From assembly GCF_002571385.2 (NCBI RefSeq), contig NW_019218012.1:127682-191681 (forward strand): a DNA stretch of 64,000 nucleotides, read 5' to 3'. Under the pieces are notes generated by a model. The model was given only the letters and a program-made list of their open reading frames with translations. It was not told where the DNA came from and did no database searches. Every line of letters starts with the position of its first letter. Positions within the stretch are counted from its first letter, which is position 1. Position numbers and translations under genes: made by a program. This document shows positions 50,280-64,000 of this stretch, one piece after another. This stretch comes from Stylophora pistillata. Lineage: Eukaryota.

Positions 50280-53058
50280 AGCGCCTCGTTGGCTATAATC
50301 ATCTCATATCGAACAAGCGCGAGTGGAATAATTGTTTAATTAAAAATATGCCCACAAGATATCAAACAGATCTTCTTAACTTAATTTTGTAAGAAGAAAC
50401 CGGATGTTACAAAGTACAGATATTAGATTATGGTATATTGGCGCATAATAATGGCGCATATAATGGGTAAGCAAATAAAAAGTCTTAAATTTGTATTATC
50501 CAAAGAGCCGGGTTTTTTTAAAGGGAAATAGCCTCTGACAATCAACAAGGGAATTTTAGTGAAGCTAAAAGCAAAATTGTAAAGCAACAGGATATTCTAT
50601 AGCCATGGAAATTTTGTTATCAGTAATTAAGTAAATCACATGGGCTGAAAAAGCACTAAAGGGAAATTCACCACAGACAATCAAAGGGAGTTTTCATAGT
50701 GTTTTAAAATGTGTACCATTCTTGGTAAAGCTAAAAGCAAAATGGTAAAGCAACAGGATATTCTTGGTTTCCACGTAACGCCATCAAACCTAAGAAATAA
50801 AAAATTATCAATCCTTTTGAGATTTTAGCTAAGTCAGTTATAAGAACAGCCGAAGACATCTTTTTATTCGTCTTTTTTATGGGGATTTTCGTCTCGTGTT
50901 AAAGCAAGGTTGAACTTCCAGGCTTTTGCGTGAAACGATATGAAATTGGCGGCCGAGAATGCAGTCACATAAGTTAATAAGAGTGACTTATCCGCTAAGA
51001 TTTCGCAACTGAGCAGTCCTTCTATGAAAATATGTACTCATATAGATGTTTCTCAGCCCTCATAAGACGACTACATGCTTTGTATATATGACATGTCTTT
51101 TTGTTCGCTTCCGATACCCTATTTTGTCCCCCCAGGGGACACAGACATGTCGTCCTCATACAAAGCATCATAAATTTGAATAAAACAGCTCTTTAAATAT
51201 CTCCCCACGAAACATCGCAAAAACCTGTCTACCGAGACTGGCAAACGGAAATATAATCGTATTTGTATAAGCTAAGTGTTCGAAAACCACCAATCAGATT
51301 TAAGAGAGACGCCCCCTACAATTCAGGGGTGGGGTTTCGCTTCTCCTTAAAACCAGAGAAACGAAAATAAAAGCTAGTAAATGTTTACTGCGGATAATTC
51401 AGTCATTAACGGTCTACTGGGAGTCGCTGAAGACAAACGTCAGGTAAGACACAAATCTCATTGCTACTATCCTATGCTTTCGATGAACTAAAATAGCAGA
51501 AAAGTTTACAAAAAGAATATAGGTTTGCATTTAACACTTGTGACTCCATAAACAAGGGCTCACTCAGATGTCATGGTGAAATAAAATGCTGCGTTAGAAC
51601 TCGAACTTATATGAATATCCAAAAGCGACACTACTTGAGCGGTATATGGCGATATTGCGGTAGTGGGCAGCTTTTCTCGCGGTATTTCGGTAGTTGTTGT
51701 AGCATTTGGGCGGTACCAAAGATTATCCTTCAAGTCCTCCATTGTTTCACTCTAAACAATTTCTAGTTTCTGACAGTTTTGGAAACAGGTTGAAATCGAA
51801 AATAGCATGACTGAGACTTGGTTTATACTAGTAGCAATTGTTTCGGACTCGTGAATAATACGGTATGTTTCAGAACCGGATTCGATCATTTTGCCGTTTA
51901 CACTTAAGTAGACAAATCCGAAATAAGATCTCTCCTCTTTGGTCGTGTCTTCGGAGATTTTAATTCCCAAATTTATAGCTGGAACTGTGAATCCGAAAAC
52001 TTTTTATTGCGGAAAGCTTATTCGTGTAAACAATTTGTGAACTTTCATTTACAAATTCTAAATCGTTATTTCTATGTTAGTAGTTGTAAAAAGTAGTGGT
52101 ATGACACGAGTTTCGACTCGCTATTGAAGCATTGCGGTACCGATATTTAACGATTTTTTTGCGATATTGGAGAATTTGCCGATTCTTTTTTTTTTTTTTT
52201 ACTGTATTGAGGTTTTCATAATCCAAAATATCCTCCTCGGATTCTTGTCTATCTAATTACCCAAAACCGAAAATACTATTCGCTTTAATTTTGACCCAAA
52301 TAGTTCCACGAAATTAAGAAAAATAAAATTACGTAAAGCATCAGAAACAGAAGCAAATAGTAAAGGCTTTGTTCAATCAAGGTTCTGAGGCGTCTTTCTT
52401 AGCTAACTTTGTGTTGTGATAGAGACTGTCTTTCCGACATAATGATTTTTTAAGCATATGCTAATTTGGGTGTTGATTGAAATACTAATCGAATGCAAAA
52501 TTACGTGGCAACCTGAAGAAAGTTTGTCATCAAAACATTAACCCGTTTCAATATGGTTTCCCGCGCAAACGTTGTACACGCCAGTATCTGCATATTTTCT
52601 ATTAGAATTAATCGCGAGTAGAAATAATATTCATGAACAAGTCTTATGACATTTTGCAATGTCAATGGCTACGCTTCTCGCCCTCTATTTTTTCAGTGAA
52701 CCACGAGCTCGTGATTTATATCGCCTAATACTGAGTTGGGTGGGACGAAGGGCTCTGCATGACGGAAACCAGAGAGCGTCTAAATCGCACAAACATTATT
52801 AGTCTAGGTAAGGAACATGGGGCTTACAAGTCTAACCGGCGGAAAACACATTATTACGGCAACAATCGAGCTACCAGACAGGCTATTTCTTGGGCTGACT
52901 TTTTGATTTTGTTTTTACTGACTTCATGATGACTTCTTTGGTAGGTAGTGTTACACCTGGAAAAACAAGGTTTATCGCAATCTTCCGGCTCAGCGAAATC
53001 AGGTAGGGTTATAGCCTACAAAGTTTTAGGAAGTTCACGAGGATTAAGGAAGAAAATT

Positions 53059-54060
53059 ATGGAGGAACTGCCGGAAGACCTACGGCAACTTTGGGATAAA
53101 CAACGGTATCATAAATTCCTTGAGAGAATTTTTGTCATTTCGAATGGTATAGCTTCAGAAGTCTCAACTGAACATGAGAAGGCGGCTTTTAAGGCAGCTC
53201 TGCCATTGGTACCAGAACTTTGGAAATCTAAAGAATCCCAAGAACATGAACGCATACAAGAAATTTATTTCTTGTGGGAAAAGGCTGCGCTACCCGAGTC
53301 GCTAGCAATTTCGCTAGCAATTTCGGCCAACCAGTATGTGAAAAATGTTCTTTGCACAGAATCCATGGAGAGAGTTGATTTTTGCCGCATTCATAAATGT
53401 TTATCGCTATCAAGCCTCTTACTTATTAAGCTTAAAATGGAAGTGGAGCAAAAAATTAATGTCGAAGATGCTATTGTTCAAGAAAGGAATAGTACTGGGG
53501 AAATTCCTTCGAAAGACGAAAAACAGAGCTCTGTTTTGCAAAAGATTTCCCTGAAACGCCTGGAAAACTTGTATATTTTTCCATTTGTCGAAATTGGTGA
53601 TAAACCTTGCCAGTATCCTGATCATCCTGGTGTCTACTGCATATATTATATAGGCAAATCTGACCTATATGAAGGCGGGGTCAAACCCTCTAAAGACCGA
53701 CCAGTTTACGTCGGAATGTCGAAAATAAGTATCTCAAAACGCCTGTTGAGCCACCAAAGCAAAATAGTCAAGGCAAGGGACTTGAACCGGAGAGACTTCA
53801 TCGTTCGATTCATGCTGGTGGACATGCATTACTATGCTTGCTGTGTAGAGGAGATGCTGATAGAGTACTTTAGTCCCGTGTGGAACGAGAACGAGGCCGT
53901 AAAGTTCTCTTTCGGTAACGCTGACGACGTGAACAACAACTGGCACAAATACCATGTTGAAGGGGACTCAAAAACTAAAGAAACTATGATAAAAAGTGTG
54001 AAGGATTATGAATTAAAACTGAAAATGAAACACCTCAGTCTGGCCACAACATCTTCGTAA
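53059..54060 (+). CDS. Eco29kI-family GIY-YIG endonuclease-like protein, copy 3 (333 aa from ATG 53059)
   Basis: Intact single-exon ORF. The start context GAAAATTATGG is shared with copy 1. Motifs PGVYCIYYIG, PVYVGMS, RLLSH, DFIVRF, VEEMLIEYFSPVWN, SFGN, NWHKYH. Confidence 0.88.
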   Translation: MEELPEDLRQLWDKQRYHKFLERIFVISNGIASEVSTEHEKAAFKAALPLVPELWKSKESQEHERIQEIYFLWEKAALPESLAISLAISANQYVKNVLCTESMERVDFCRIHKCLSLSSLLLIKLKMEVEQKINVEDAIVQERNSTGEIPSKDEKQSSVLQKISLKRLENLYIFPFVEIGDKPCQYPDHPGVYCIYYIGKSDLYEGGVKPSKDRPVYVGMSKISISKRLLSHQSKIVKARDLNRRDFIVRFMLVDMHYYACCVEEMLIEYFSPVWNENEAVKFSFGNADDVNNNWHKYHVEGDSKTKETMIKSVKDYELKLKMKHLSLATTSS

Positions 54061-54751
54061 ATCCTGGCGCTATGGCATGAATGGGCCTAAAATTTTTAAT
54101 TTCAACTGTAAATAATTTTATTTGATCTCTGGGGAACTTGATTGTATGAATAATTTTTTACATAACTTTTTTTTTTTTCACGGCAATCTCGTCTTCGATT
54201 GTCCAGGAAGTAATATGCTGAGAAAAACTCTAATCTTTACGCCTTCCCTCGACCCTTAGAAACGTCTGACTTCTCATGCATGATCGCTACAATATTAAGC
54301 TCCTAAGAATAAAGGAAATGAGCACAAGCTAAAGATCGTGATTTTTACAAAAATTCTCCTTGTTAGAACCTTAGGAAATATATAGAAAGTTGTATGAAGA
54401 AGTGTATACTGATGTTAGGGTATAAAGAGTGAATTGAGTTGATCAAATTTGAAAACTCCACGATGCCTCAGTGGTTATATATTTTCTCAGTAAATTAGTT
54501 TTCACCGTATCGTTCAATAGCTTGAAGCTTGACAATGAAAGCCATATTTTTGGCCATAGCTTTTACTAAGTCCCTCTACGAACTGTTCTTACTTTATTTG
54601 TAAACCTCAAGTTAATGGAAGAAGAACTAGGAATATTGCGCTTACAAAGGATAACACTTCACGGCTTTATTTTTCTCGAGGCAAAAACAAGAATCATTTG
54701 AAAGATTAAGTACACCTTGAAGGCAAATATAGATAACTATATCATCTTAAA

Positions 54752-55030
54752 TTTAACAAATAAAGAAGCCTTGACTGTGCTCTGTTCTGTAGTAAAGCAC
54801 TTAGAAAGCGGCTAGAGCACGAAAGAGTGCTCTAGCCGCTTCCTAAGTGCTTTACTACAGAACAGAGCACAGTAAAGGCTTCTCTATTTGTTTTAGAATA
54901 AAGAATCCGTTAAATTCCACACACATTACTTGCAATTTCCGAAAAAACTTTATTTTCAAAGCGAACAACAGTGTCGTCAGCATGCTCTATTCTCGGGCAG
55001 AGCACGCTTATAATAAGCCAATCAGAATCC
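54752..55030. repeat. Palindromic dispersed repeat
   Basis: ACTGTGCTCTGTTCTGTAGTAAAGCACTTAG.AAGCGGCTAGAGCAC and its reverse complement GTGCTCTAGCCGCTTCCTAAGTGCTTTACTACAGAACAGAGCACAGT. Confidence 0.75.
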
Positions 55031-55069
55031 TTGTTAGAATGGGCAACCTAATTTCATTGGATGAAAAAG

Positions 55070-56222
55070 GGCTTTTCCGAAAGCGCGGAGTGCGGAGTCT
55101 GAAAAAAAATTGAAAAAAAGATGAAAAAATAACATTGAAAAGAATAATTAAATACATAAATAAACTAGAAATAGAAATTTAAGAAATAAAAATAATAATT
55201 AAAACATTCATGCCGCCTGAAGTGGACTGTTCATATGGTATATTTAACCCAAGATTTTCATAGTTAGCAGTTCACTTTTACCTTGAGTTAGCAGTTCACT
55301 TTTACCACTTATTACCAACTTTAAATGAATATATTAAGTACGTTTATCCCCGTCACATGCGTTTCCATGTCAATTGATTGAATGCTTGGGCTAGGGGAGA
55401 CAACTTATCCCTAGCCTCCTCCAGGCGTTCGGTTAGTTGGGTCATAGCTCGGAAAACGGTGAGCGAAAAAATCGGCAAAAAGTGCTTTTTTTACTCTTTT
55501 TTGTGTTAAAAGCCTTCAAGTACTGTGTACCAACTTAACTTTATTTCCAGCTTGAAAGCAGTAATTTTCTTCCCGAGAAGATATTAGATTCTAGCAGAAA
55601 AAAAAAAAAAAAAAAAAAAATAGATGGCCGCAGCAGTCACGTAGTTGCACGTTGAATTGACGTGACAATCAGCCCTGTGCAGTTAAATGGCTTTTTTGGG
55701 AAAACATTTTATTTTTATAATTTGATTTCTCAAGGTGCAACTTTACCTGTGTATTGACTTTTTCCTCTATTTGTCAATCTACATTTTTTATCTTACTATT
55801 TTTCAGCGCTGAATATCTTTCAAGGTTTTAGATTGAGGTTTGCGAGAACTTTAGGACGCGCAGGTGACCAGTTTTTGGAAAGCAAAGTTTGAGATTGTTT
55901 CGAGGCAATACAGCTTTCCAGTAAAACCGAAGGTGTAGTTTCTCGCATTTTCTAGACATGGTCAAAATTTGACTATGCTTTATTTTTTTTTTCCGTAAGA
56001 GTAAACTGCTAACTATAAAAATTTGGAGTTAAATATACCATATGAACAGTCCACTTCAGGCGGCGTGAATTTTTTAATAATTATCATTTTTATCTCTTAA
56101 ATTTCTATTTCTAGTTTATTTATGTATTTAATTATTCTTTTAATGTTTTTTTAAATTGTTTTTTAAAAGTTTTTTTTAGACTCCGCACTCCGCACTCCGC
56201 ACTCCTCGTTTTCGGAACAGCC
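55070..56222. mobile_element. Non-autonomous Mutator-like (MULE) element
   Basis: ~180-bp TIRs (CGGAGTGCGGAGTCT ... GCCGCCTGAAGTGGACTGTTCATATGGTATATTTAAC and reverse complement). Exact 9-bp TSD ATGAAAAAG at 55061-55069 and 56223-56231. Confidence 0.85.
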
Positions 56223-56399
56223 ATGAAAAAGACCAAAGCTGTCAAAATGTCAAACCATCAAAAGCTATCACGAAGAATCGCAAATCTTGCTTAATAATTC
56301 GAATGCATAAAAGTGTATTTTTTGCGTACAAAAACCAGTATCTGTAGTAACATGTTTAATGAAATCCGACCGAATTTTGGCCCACGAAAACCTGGACGT

Positions 56400-56690
56400 T
56401 ATCAACGTGACAATTTGAAAACAACTGTTTAAAGCTTGTGGTTGGAACTTGACAAATTGCTGCGCTGTGTTCTGTTAATAAACAACGGTCGAATTTACAG
56501 CAGCGTGAGGATTTTCAGAACTGGTGGCTGCATCAGAGGAACTTGGCTGCGATGGTCTTCCATTCAATGCACCAGAGAGGATATCTGAACAAGCCCTTAG
56601 CTGTTCACTGGATGGACGAGTGTTGTAATTCCTCAGGCTAGCTTCACTGCGATGACGAGAGATAGCCATTATGTGCCGCGATGGAACTTT
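56400..56690 (-). mobile_element. Crypton-like tyrosine recombinase C-terminal fragment
   Basis: RHIMAISRHRSEASLRNY matches the 'IM..SGH.S..SL..Y' catalytic end of Crypton tyrosine recombinases. Confidence 0.7.
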
Positions 56691-58638
56691 GAGTTTGGCG
56701 CCAAGACCGGGTTACCCGCGTCCGGCAACTCGCTGGCTAACTTTCGCAAGGTAAGATTTCAGGTGTGAAATTGTATACTAAGTAGCTTGATCTTCTTCGA
56801 ACTTAATCCAGCAGTCTCCAGCCAAGTATTAGAATAGGTCAAAACAGTTTTAATATTGCCATTATATTTGTTTAAGTTGGGAAAATAATTTGAAAAAATA
56901 CCCATAATCGGTTCATTTCGAGTGGCATTTGTTGCAGCTGCATAAACTAACTCATTTAGGCACACATGAAACGTACCACTTACGTTACGACACTAAAATT
57001 TTGACTGTCGCGTGCACTGCGGGCGCAACCACCGTATGCAAGGCAACTTAAGTCTGAAATAGATTAAGCTTTTCACAGGTCCCTTGAATTTGCTTTGCTT
57101 CGTTGTTACTCAAAATCATATACTTGTTTGAATCAATTTCACTTTTCTAAATTAACAATATTGTAATCTCCTTGTAATTTTTATTTCCAACCTCCTTGAT
57201 ATACTCTAATATTGTCTACAACCACTCGACTCGAATAGTTTTTTTGCTACATTCGGGTGGTGTATTTCTTTCACTTTTGTATTTATTTATTTGTTTCTTT
57301 CTTAAGTAATAACATTTGTAGTTTTTAAAGTGGAATAAAAAAGTGTGTGCTAATTTGGAGGAAACTGTAATTGATAAAGTCCGAGACTCTCTGGGAGGTT
57401 TTGGGAACTTTTTTAGTTTTGTAGACCTAAACCGCGTAAATGGAGTTTACGAATACCAAGGAAACTTCAGAAATTAAAGTGCCGAGAATAATCCAACCAA
57501 ATGAAGCAACGATGCGAATAAATATCTTATTTCTTGAACAAAATCACAGTGGCGTGTTACTGTACGTACCATATGGTAAAATCTTGAACTCCACACCAAA
57601 AGTATTCCTGAATTTCTTTTAGCTTGCCTCATTCTGATTGGTCAATAAGACTCGTCTAACCCTCTCAGCCAATCAAATGCAAATTTTAAACTCAATCGTT
57701 CTCCCGCCTCAGAGGTGATTTGCTCGTTTTACTTGACAGTTGGCTCTGATTAACTTAGCTATTTTCGTCTGCTTTGACTGGCTTCTGTGCTTACTTTGGT
57801 TTTGGGTAAGATACGCTCTGTTCCGTTGACACAGACCTCTCTTTTGCAACGAACTGATGTAATTCGTCCAACGCTCGCCAAAGGTGTCAAAACTTTACAG
57901 TACGAATTCTGGTGAGCTGCAACAGAAGCCTAGGTTATACACTCCTGGCTACATGTTAAAATGAAAGTTTCTCTGATTAGCTGCTGCCTTCGCGCAAAAT
58001 TTCGCCTCCAAACAGCAGTCAATCAGCGGGACTTGGTGATGCTTTTAGTCGTCGCCAAACTAATGAAATCTTAAGGTCAGTGCAGTAAGACATCTGGAGC
58101 CGGAAAGGTGAAAACTACTGCGCTAAAGGAAGGGGAAGTGCAAAATATTAATCATATTATATGGAAAAACTCTTGTAAAGTAAGAAAACCTCAGAATAGA
58201 TTGACGAACGTTAAGGATAGACAAGATTGAAAAGGATTGCAAGCCACCAATTGAAGATTTACATTACGTGTTTCAAAACGCACAAAAGAATGTCTAGTCT
58301 TCTCGCAAAGTTGTGCGGTCTTCTTTCTTCGTATTAAGAGTAATTTTTTATAGCAATATCTTTTATCAGAGGCGAAATGTAAAGTTCCAAACGAAAATAT
58401 AATCTTAGTTTAATCCTTTTCGTTCCGTCTCCACCACAAAACGTCGTTTTTTTAAGTTGACGGTGCTCGACCAAAAACTAATCCATCTTTGGAAGAAAGG
58501 GTTTCAAAGTAAAACAACAGGACACACCTTGAAGATATCAAATAACCCTTGGTCATTTTAAGCTGTACAAGATGGCTTAAAAGAGTAATGAACACGAAAT
58601 TTATCGAACAGAGCTTTGTTCTATTCTTCCGGGTTCTC

Positions 58639-59790
<1,152 letters not shown>

Positions 59791-60329
59791 TCATTGATGA
59801 TCAATGTAAAAAGATATCATTACTATAAGTTCCCCACGAAAGAAAATTTTTCAACTAAGTGTCTAAATGTACTCTGGGATGGCAAGGATTTTATCGGAAA
59901 ACGCTCTGTGATTAATGGAAAAATTTGCACGGTCTTTCTCGACCAATCAGGTGCAAAACTAAAATCAACCACGTCTGGTCACTAGCGTTTTCCCGCGCTC
60001 AAGACGATTTCCTGTGGTTACTTTGAGTTGTAATTAGTTCCTTGTGATATTTCCCCTTCTTATGATTGGCATTTTGAATTTTTTTCCAACTAGTATCGAT
60101 CGCAAAACAATATGTCACGCTAGCGGTTTCATGACAATACATCAATCCGCGAATGGAAAGTCTCCCGTTTTCTAAGTTTACCCGAGACTTTAAAAGGCTT
60201 CCGTTTTCTTCATGACTGATTATGACCAATACCGGGAATACCAGGCTCACCCTTTTCTCCTTTACTAGCGCCATCTCTTTAATCTAATTGGCAGTTCGTG
60301 TAACCCTCTATATATGTTCATCAAAGTTT

Positions 60330-60941
60330 TTTTTTAACTGTTTTATTCATTTTATCAATATATGCAAAGCTATATGGTTCATTAGTAGCTTTTAAAAACC
60401 TTTTTTTTAGAATATTGACTTCTCTACACATTCTTGCCGTTTCACCGGAACTTGGGCTATCAACGATGCAAAAGTGTGAGCAATTTAGTCGTATATCTTT
60501 TGGTGTTAAATAGTAGGATTGACTCAGATAGATAACACTACAAATTTTATGACGTCCAGCAATAAGAAAATTAATAAGAGGAGCTTGATTTTTTTCATTT
60601 ACAAAATCATCGAGGATAATTATCTCTTGGTTATCATCAGGTAACTCAGAGACGGGAATTATCTCTTCATTACTACATTCTATTATAGGATAATCACATT
60701 CTTTTGAGATAGATCTGAAGGTTTCGAGTAAGTCCTGATATTTTTTTTGTTATAAATTTTTGCCATACAGATAAATTTTGTCAAAGTACAAGAGTCTGTG
60801 AATCATGTTAATAAGAGTATTAGTCTTACCGCAACCACTAGGGCCACAAAGTAGCATTCTGAAAGTATTAGAAGGCATAAAATCATAGAGACTCTTATAA
60901 CTAGAATCTTTCTCATCTGTATCATAATTAATCATTCGCAT
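60330..60941 (-). pseudogene. A32-like (FtsK/HerA) DNA packaging ATPase of a Polinton-like virus/adintovirus, with a premature stop at ~60750
   Basis: Walker A RMLLCGPSGCGKTN. Past the stop: IIILDDF (Walker B), AGRHK, VIYLSQSYY..PKDIRLNC. Confidence 0.88.
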
Positions 60942-61041
60942 ATTATATGATATTAAATATAAAATAGTTTTTTTAAGTTTTACATAATGTTAAACATAAT
61001 GTTAAACATTATGTTAAAAAAACTAACGCGTTATAATATAA

Positions 61042-61287
61042 ATGAGCCTTGTAGAGTGGAAAAGTCTCCCAAAAATAAAAAGTAGAGTAGGAAGACAAGT
61101 TAAAGAATCAACTAATTCAAAAGAGCTACTCAAGAAATTAGAAGTTATTAGTGGTGAAATAGGGGCTGGGAACAATTCTAAAAAAATGAGAAATATGGGA
61201 GTCAGTATCTTGGATACCTTGCTAAGAAATAATAATATCAATAAATCTCAATACGGAAAACTAGCTAAGAAATATTTTGCAATATAA
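61042..61287 (+). CDS. Small Polinton/PLV-type hypothetical protein (81 aa)
   Basis: ELLKKLEVISGEIGAGNNS resembles the 'L..l.....AGN' small ORF common in Maverick/adintovirus genomes. It sits between the ATPase and the minor capsid gene. Confidence 0.55.
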   Translation: MSLVEWKSLPKIKSRVGRQVKESTNSKELLKKLEVISGEIGAGNNSKKMRNMGVSILDTLLRNNNINKSQYGKLAKKYFAI

Positions 61288-61294
61288 AAATATA

Positions 61295-62357
61295 ATGGAA
61301 AGAGAAATAGTCCTTATTAGTTTTTCAGTTCGAGGAAAAGATAATAATAAACCCGGTGATTTTAAAATAAAGCTGACTAGACCAATTGTCCTTGACAATA
61401 ATTATCAATATGAAATAGGATTAAATCGTGTCATATCCATGTACTTTTCATGGCATAATATTAATCCTGGTAATAAAAATCAATTAATACCTTAAAGTAA
61501 AGATAATGGAAGTACTTTTATCGACATTACTTTCGCTTCAGGTGTTTGGACGTATATAGATATGGATAGCTACATTAAAAGTCTGACCAAGAGGACTGAT
61601 TCTAATGGTAAAGATAGCTATCCTATTACACTGACATTTGATCCGACAACCTCTAAAGTCGTTATTACTCTATAGCTAGAAAAAAATTATAGATTAGATC
61701 TTACAAAGAGTGATTTCTATGAGTTGATAGGCAATGACTTAGTTCTTGTTAACCGAGCGGGAGGTCTGTGTGGGAGAATCTTGAACAGCGGCCGAGGTCA
61801 AGATTCTCCCATACAGACCGACCTAGCTCGGTTAATAAGATGTTTATTATATGGCTGTGTCTTATATGCCAATTTTTTATAGTCTTTGTACCTTTTTTTC
61901 TAGACCGGTCTAGATGCCGGTCTAGATGGGAAAATCTAGACCGCTTTCAATATTGATTTCAGCCAATCAAACTCGAGAATTCGGTAGTTCCCAGTCCTTG
62001 TGAGACACAGCCATATAATAAAAGAAAATATTAACAGCTGCTAATAATACAAGAGCCAGAGTGCCTAATATAACCGAAGATACCGATATTTTAAATATTC
62101 ATTGTGACCTCATTTCTGAGAGCCTGGTAGATGGAGGCGAATCAGATATAATAAATAGTTTAGGTACAGGTAATTTAAGACCATCATATTCATTTACCTT
62201 AGAACCAGAAAGGGTAACTTATAATCCGGTAAGCAGAACGACTATTGATAGCATTAGAATGTATGTAATAGATGGTCGAAGGCGTGTGGTCAATCTTCAT
62301 CATGCAGATGTTGCTTATTCTTTAATACTTAAAAAATTGATAAGCAATGAGTATTAA
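61295..62357 (+). pseudogene. Minor capsid (penton) protein of a Polinton-like virus, with stops and interrupted by a ~280-bp hairpin element (~61740-62020)
   Basis: NKPGDFKIKLTRPIVLD...YEIGL...SWHNI, SGVWTY, LNIHCDLISESLVDG...FTLEPERVTYNPV...IDSIRMYVIDGRRRVVNL. Confidence 0.78.
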
Positions 62358-62381
62358 AAAGAATATCCTACTAATTGTTAT

Positions 62382-62770
62382 ATGATATCATATCAGTACA
62401 AACGCGTCTACCATCCTAGTTTAGGAAGGGTTCTCTATAAGCACCGAGGTAGTGGAATTATCATAGATAATTTAACGCGACCCGCTAAAGCTGTAATCAG
62501 TGCAGTAGCTGAGAAATTTTTCAAACCTATTGCAAAAGAGCCTCTGTCCTTAGGAATATCTGAGACTGGAGATAAATTAGGTAAAATGGTTGCTGATTAG
62601 GTAATAGAAAAGTCAGGTGACTTGATAAGAAGGCGTTTATTGGGGAAAGAAGATCTTAAAGTATCGGAAAAGACAGCTAAGAAAATGGGGTAAAAGACAG
62701 AGTCTAAAAAGACTAAGACACAATATAAAGTTTATGACCTTATTAAAAAACTAATTTCTGAAGACTAATA
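62382..62770 (+). pseudogene. Basic core-like protein of a Polinton-like virus (decayed)
   Basis: YKRVYHPSLGRVLYKHRGSG followed by amphipathic, Lys-rich sequence. Located between the penton and the major capsid gene; contains stops. Confidence 0.5.
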
Positions 62771-62827
62771 TTGTTTTGGACTAATATGCTTTTATCTATT
62801 AGAAAAAATATATTTACGGATTATATA

Positions 62828-63090
62828 ATGGCCTTTAGATCAAGCGAAAACGTGACCAGAAACAAACTAGTGAGATTTCAGTTAGATAATGTTATTGAAG
62901 CACCGGCTTATGGGAAATATCAAATAAAGACTGGTTAAAAATTTACAGTAAATGATCGTAGCAGTTTTTATGATTGGTATAATGCTTATTTTGAAGTGCA
63001 ATTTAAAGTGTAGAAAAAAGCTGATGGTGCTGCTTATGGCGGTGATAGAATATCAGTCATAAATGGATCGCATTCATTAATAAATCATAA
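62828..63090 (+). pseudogene. Major capsid protein N-terminal remnant (truncated)
   Basis: KFTVNDRSSFYDWYNAYFEVQFKV...INGSHSLI; gene order ATPase-penton-core-MCP; stops and a frameshift present. Confidence 0.6.
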
Positions 63091-64000
63091 AGTATTCTGG
63101 GATTGCTTCAGCTTTACTATTGGTTTCGCTGTAGGCGTTGTGCGCACTACGATTGCATTGCATTGTGGTAGCGTTTATTCAATATGGTGGTAAAAGCGGA
63201 AGAAATTGGTAGAGTTTAACTAAACATTCCGTAAGAGTTAGGCCGTTTCCTTTTCCTTACACTATAGGTAAATATAATTTGATGTATTCTGAACGTGTAA
63301 AAGTATTTTTCGTGCGTATTTGTCACTTATTATATCGTTCTCAAGGACAAACGCAAGCACTGTATTTTAGCATGTAATTTGAGAGCGGTTTTTGAGCAGG
63401 TCAAATTCGTTGTACGTCGTAGTTTGAAGCCTTTCAAAGATTTGTGTGTGGCCACTTTAATCCTTCTTCAACAGCTCTGACCAAACGCGCTCAAACGCGC
63501 TCCAACGGTACAAATGTTTTAAGCATTTTAAAAGGCAGTGTTTGAGATCCTTTTGTGAAGCGAAAAGGCCCATTGTTGTGTTTGGTGTGTTGCGTTACAT
63601 AGCGTTACTACTGCAAGGGAATTTATCAATCGTGTAAATCTACTTTCCTAGGTGAAGGTAAAATTAAATAATCGCAAGTGTTGTGGGGAAAATCTTCTAT
63701 CTTGATCATTGAATGAAGGACAGTTCACTTAGACCAATGAAAAGAGTCACTTGACCCAGGAAAACCTCTACCTTGCGTGAGGCGACAAGCCGGAAAGCCA
63801 GGAAGCAAAAGGCAGTCGACCGTTGAAAGGTGTTGATAGGCCTGTGTGTCTACTACCATTCGCTAGCGCTTTTAAATCTTCTACCCTTAAAGTTTAGTTC
63901 TTATTAGGATATCTTTAGATGACTTTCCTTTGCGATGTGATAATAAGGATCATTTTTAAGATGTCATAATTTTTCATCTGTGTGTTCTTAAAGTTTGGCA

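Larger units (their letters stand above)
44445..52690 (+). repeat. Segmental duplication block A, copy 2 (44445-49625) and partial copy 3 (49640-52690)
   Basis: GGCGCCACACCTCAACTTCAGCAT restarts at ~49642 after first appearing at ~45795. Downstream sequence is colinear with 20900-24130. Confidence 0.88.

Noticed and set aside
52948-53058. 37-aa N-terminal extension of nuclease copy 3 from a GTG start
   Set aside because: In a eukaryote the ATG at 53059 is more plausible, and it aligns with the copy 1 start context.

Overview
AT-rich, intron-containing animal genomic DNA from a gapped draft scaffold. The repeat and gene content suggests a cnidarian, probably a stony coral (inference). Bases ~4-15 kb hold two head-to-head housekeeping genes: a ZnT1/SLC30A1-like zinc exporter (minus strand, 3 coding exons, with an apparent in-frame TGA in exon 1) and an 11-exon POGLUT1/Rumi (plus strand). 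From ~18 kb to ~60 kb is a tandem segmental duplication full of LINEs, DNA transposons and MITEs, with orphan 3' exons of an SRPK kinase. The standout feature is three divergent, co-oriented, single-exon paralogues (28549-29460, 38881-39759, 53059-54060). Each has an unrecognised helical N-terminal domain fused to a GIY-YIG nuclease domain that matches the bacterial Type II restriction enzyme family Eco29kI/Cfr42I. All catalytic residues appear intact, the DNA-recognition loops are shortened, and no methyltransferase partner is visible. The window ends with a decayed Polinton-like virus/adintovirus structural module (packaging ATPase, minor capsid, core-like ORF, start of major capsid). All family assignments come from motif recognition by eye; no searches were run.
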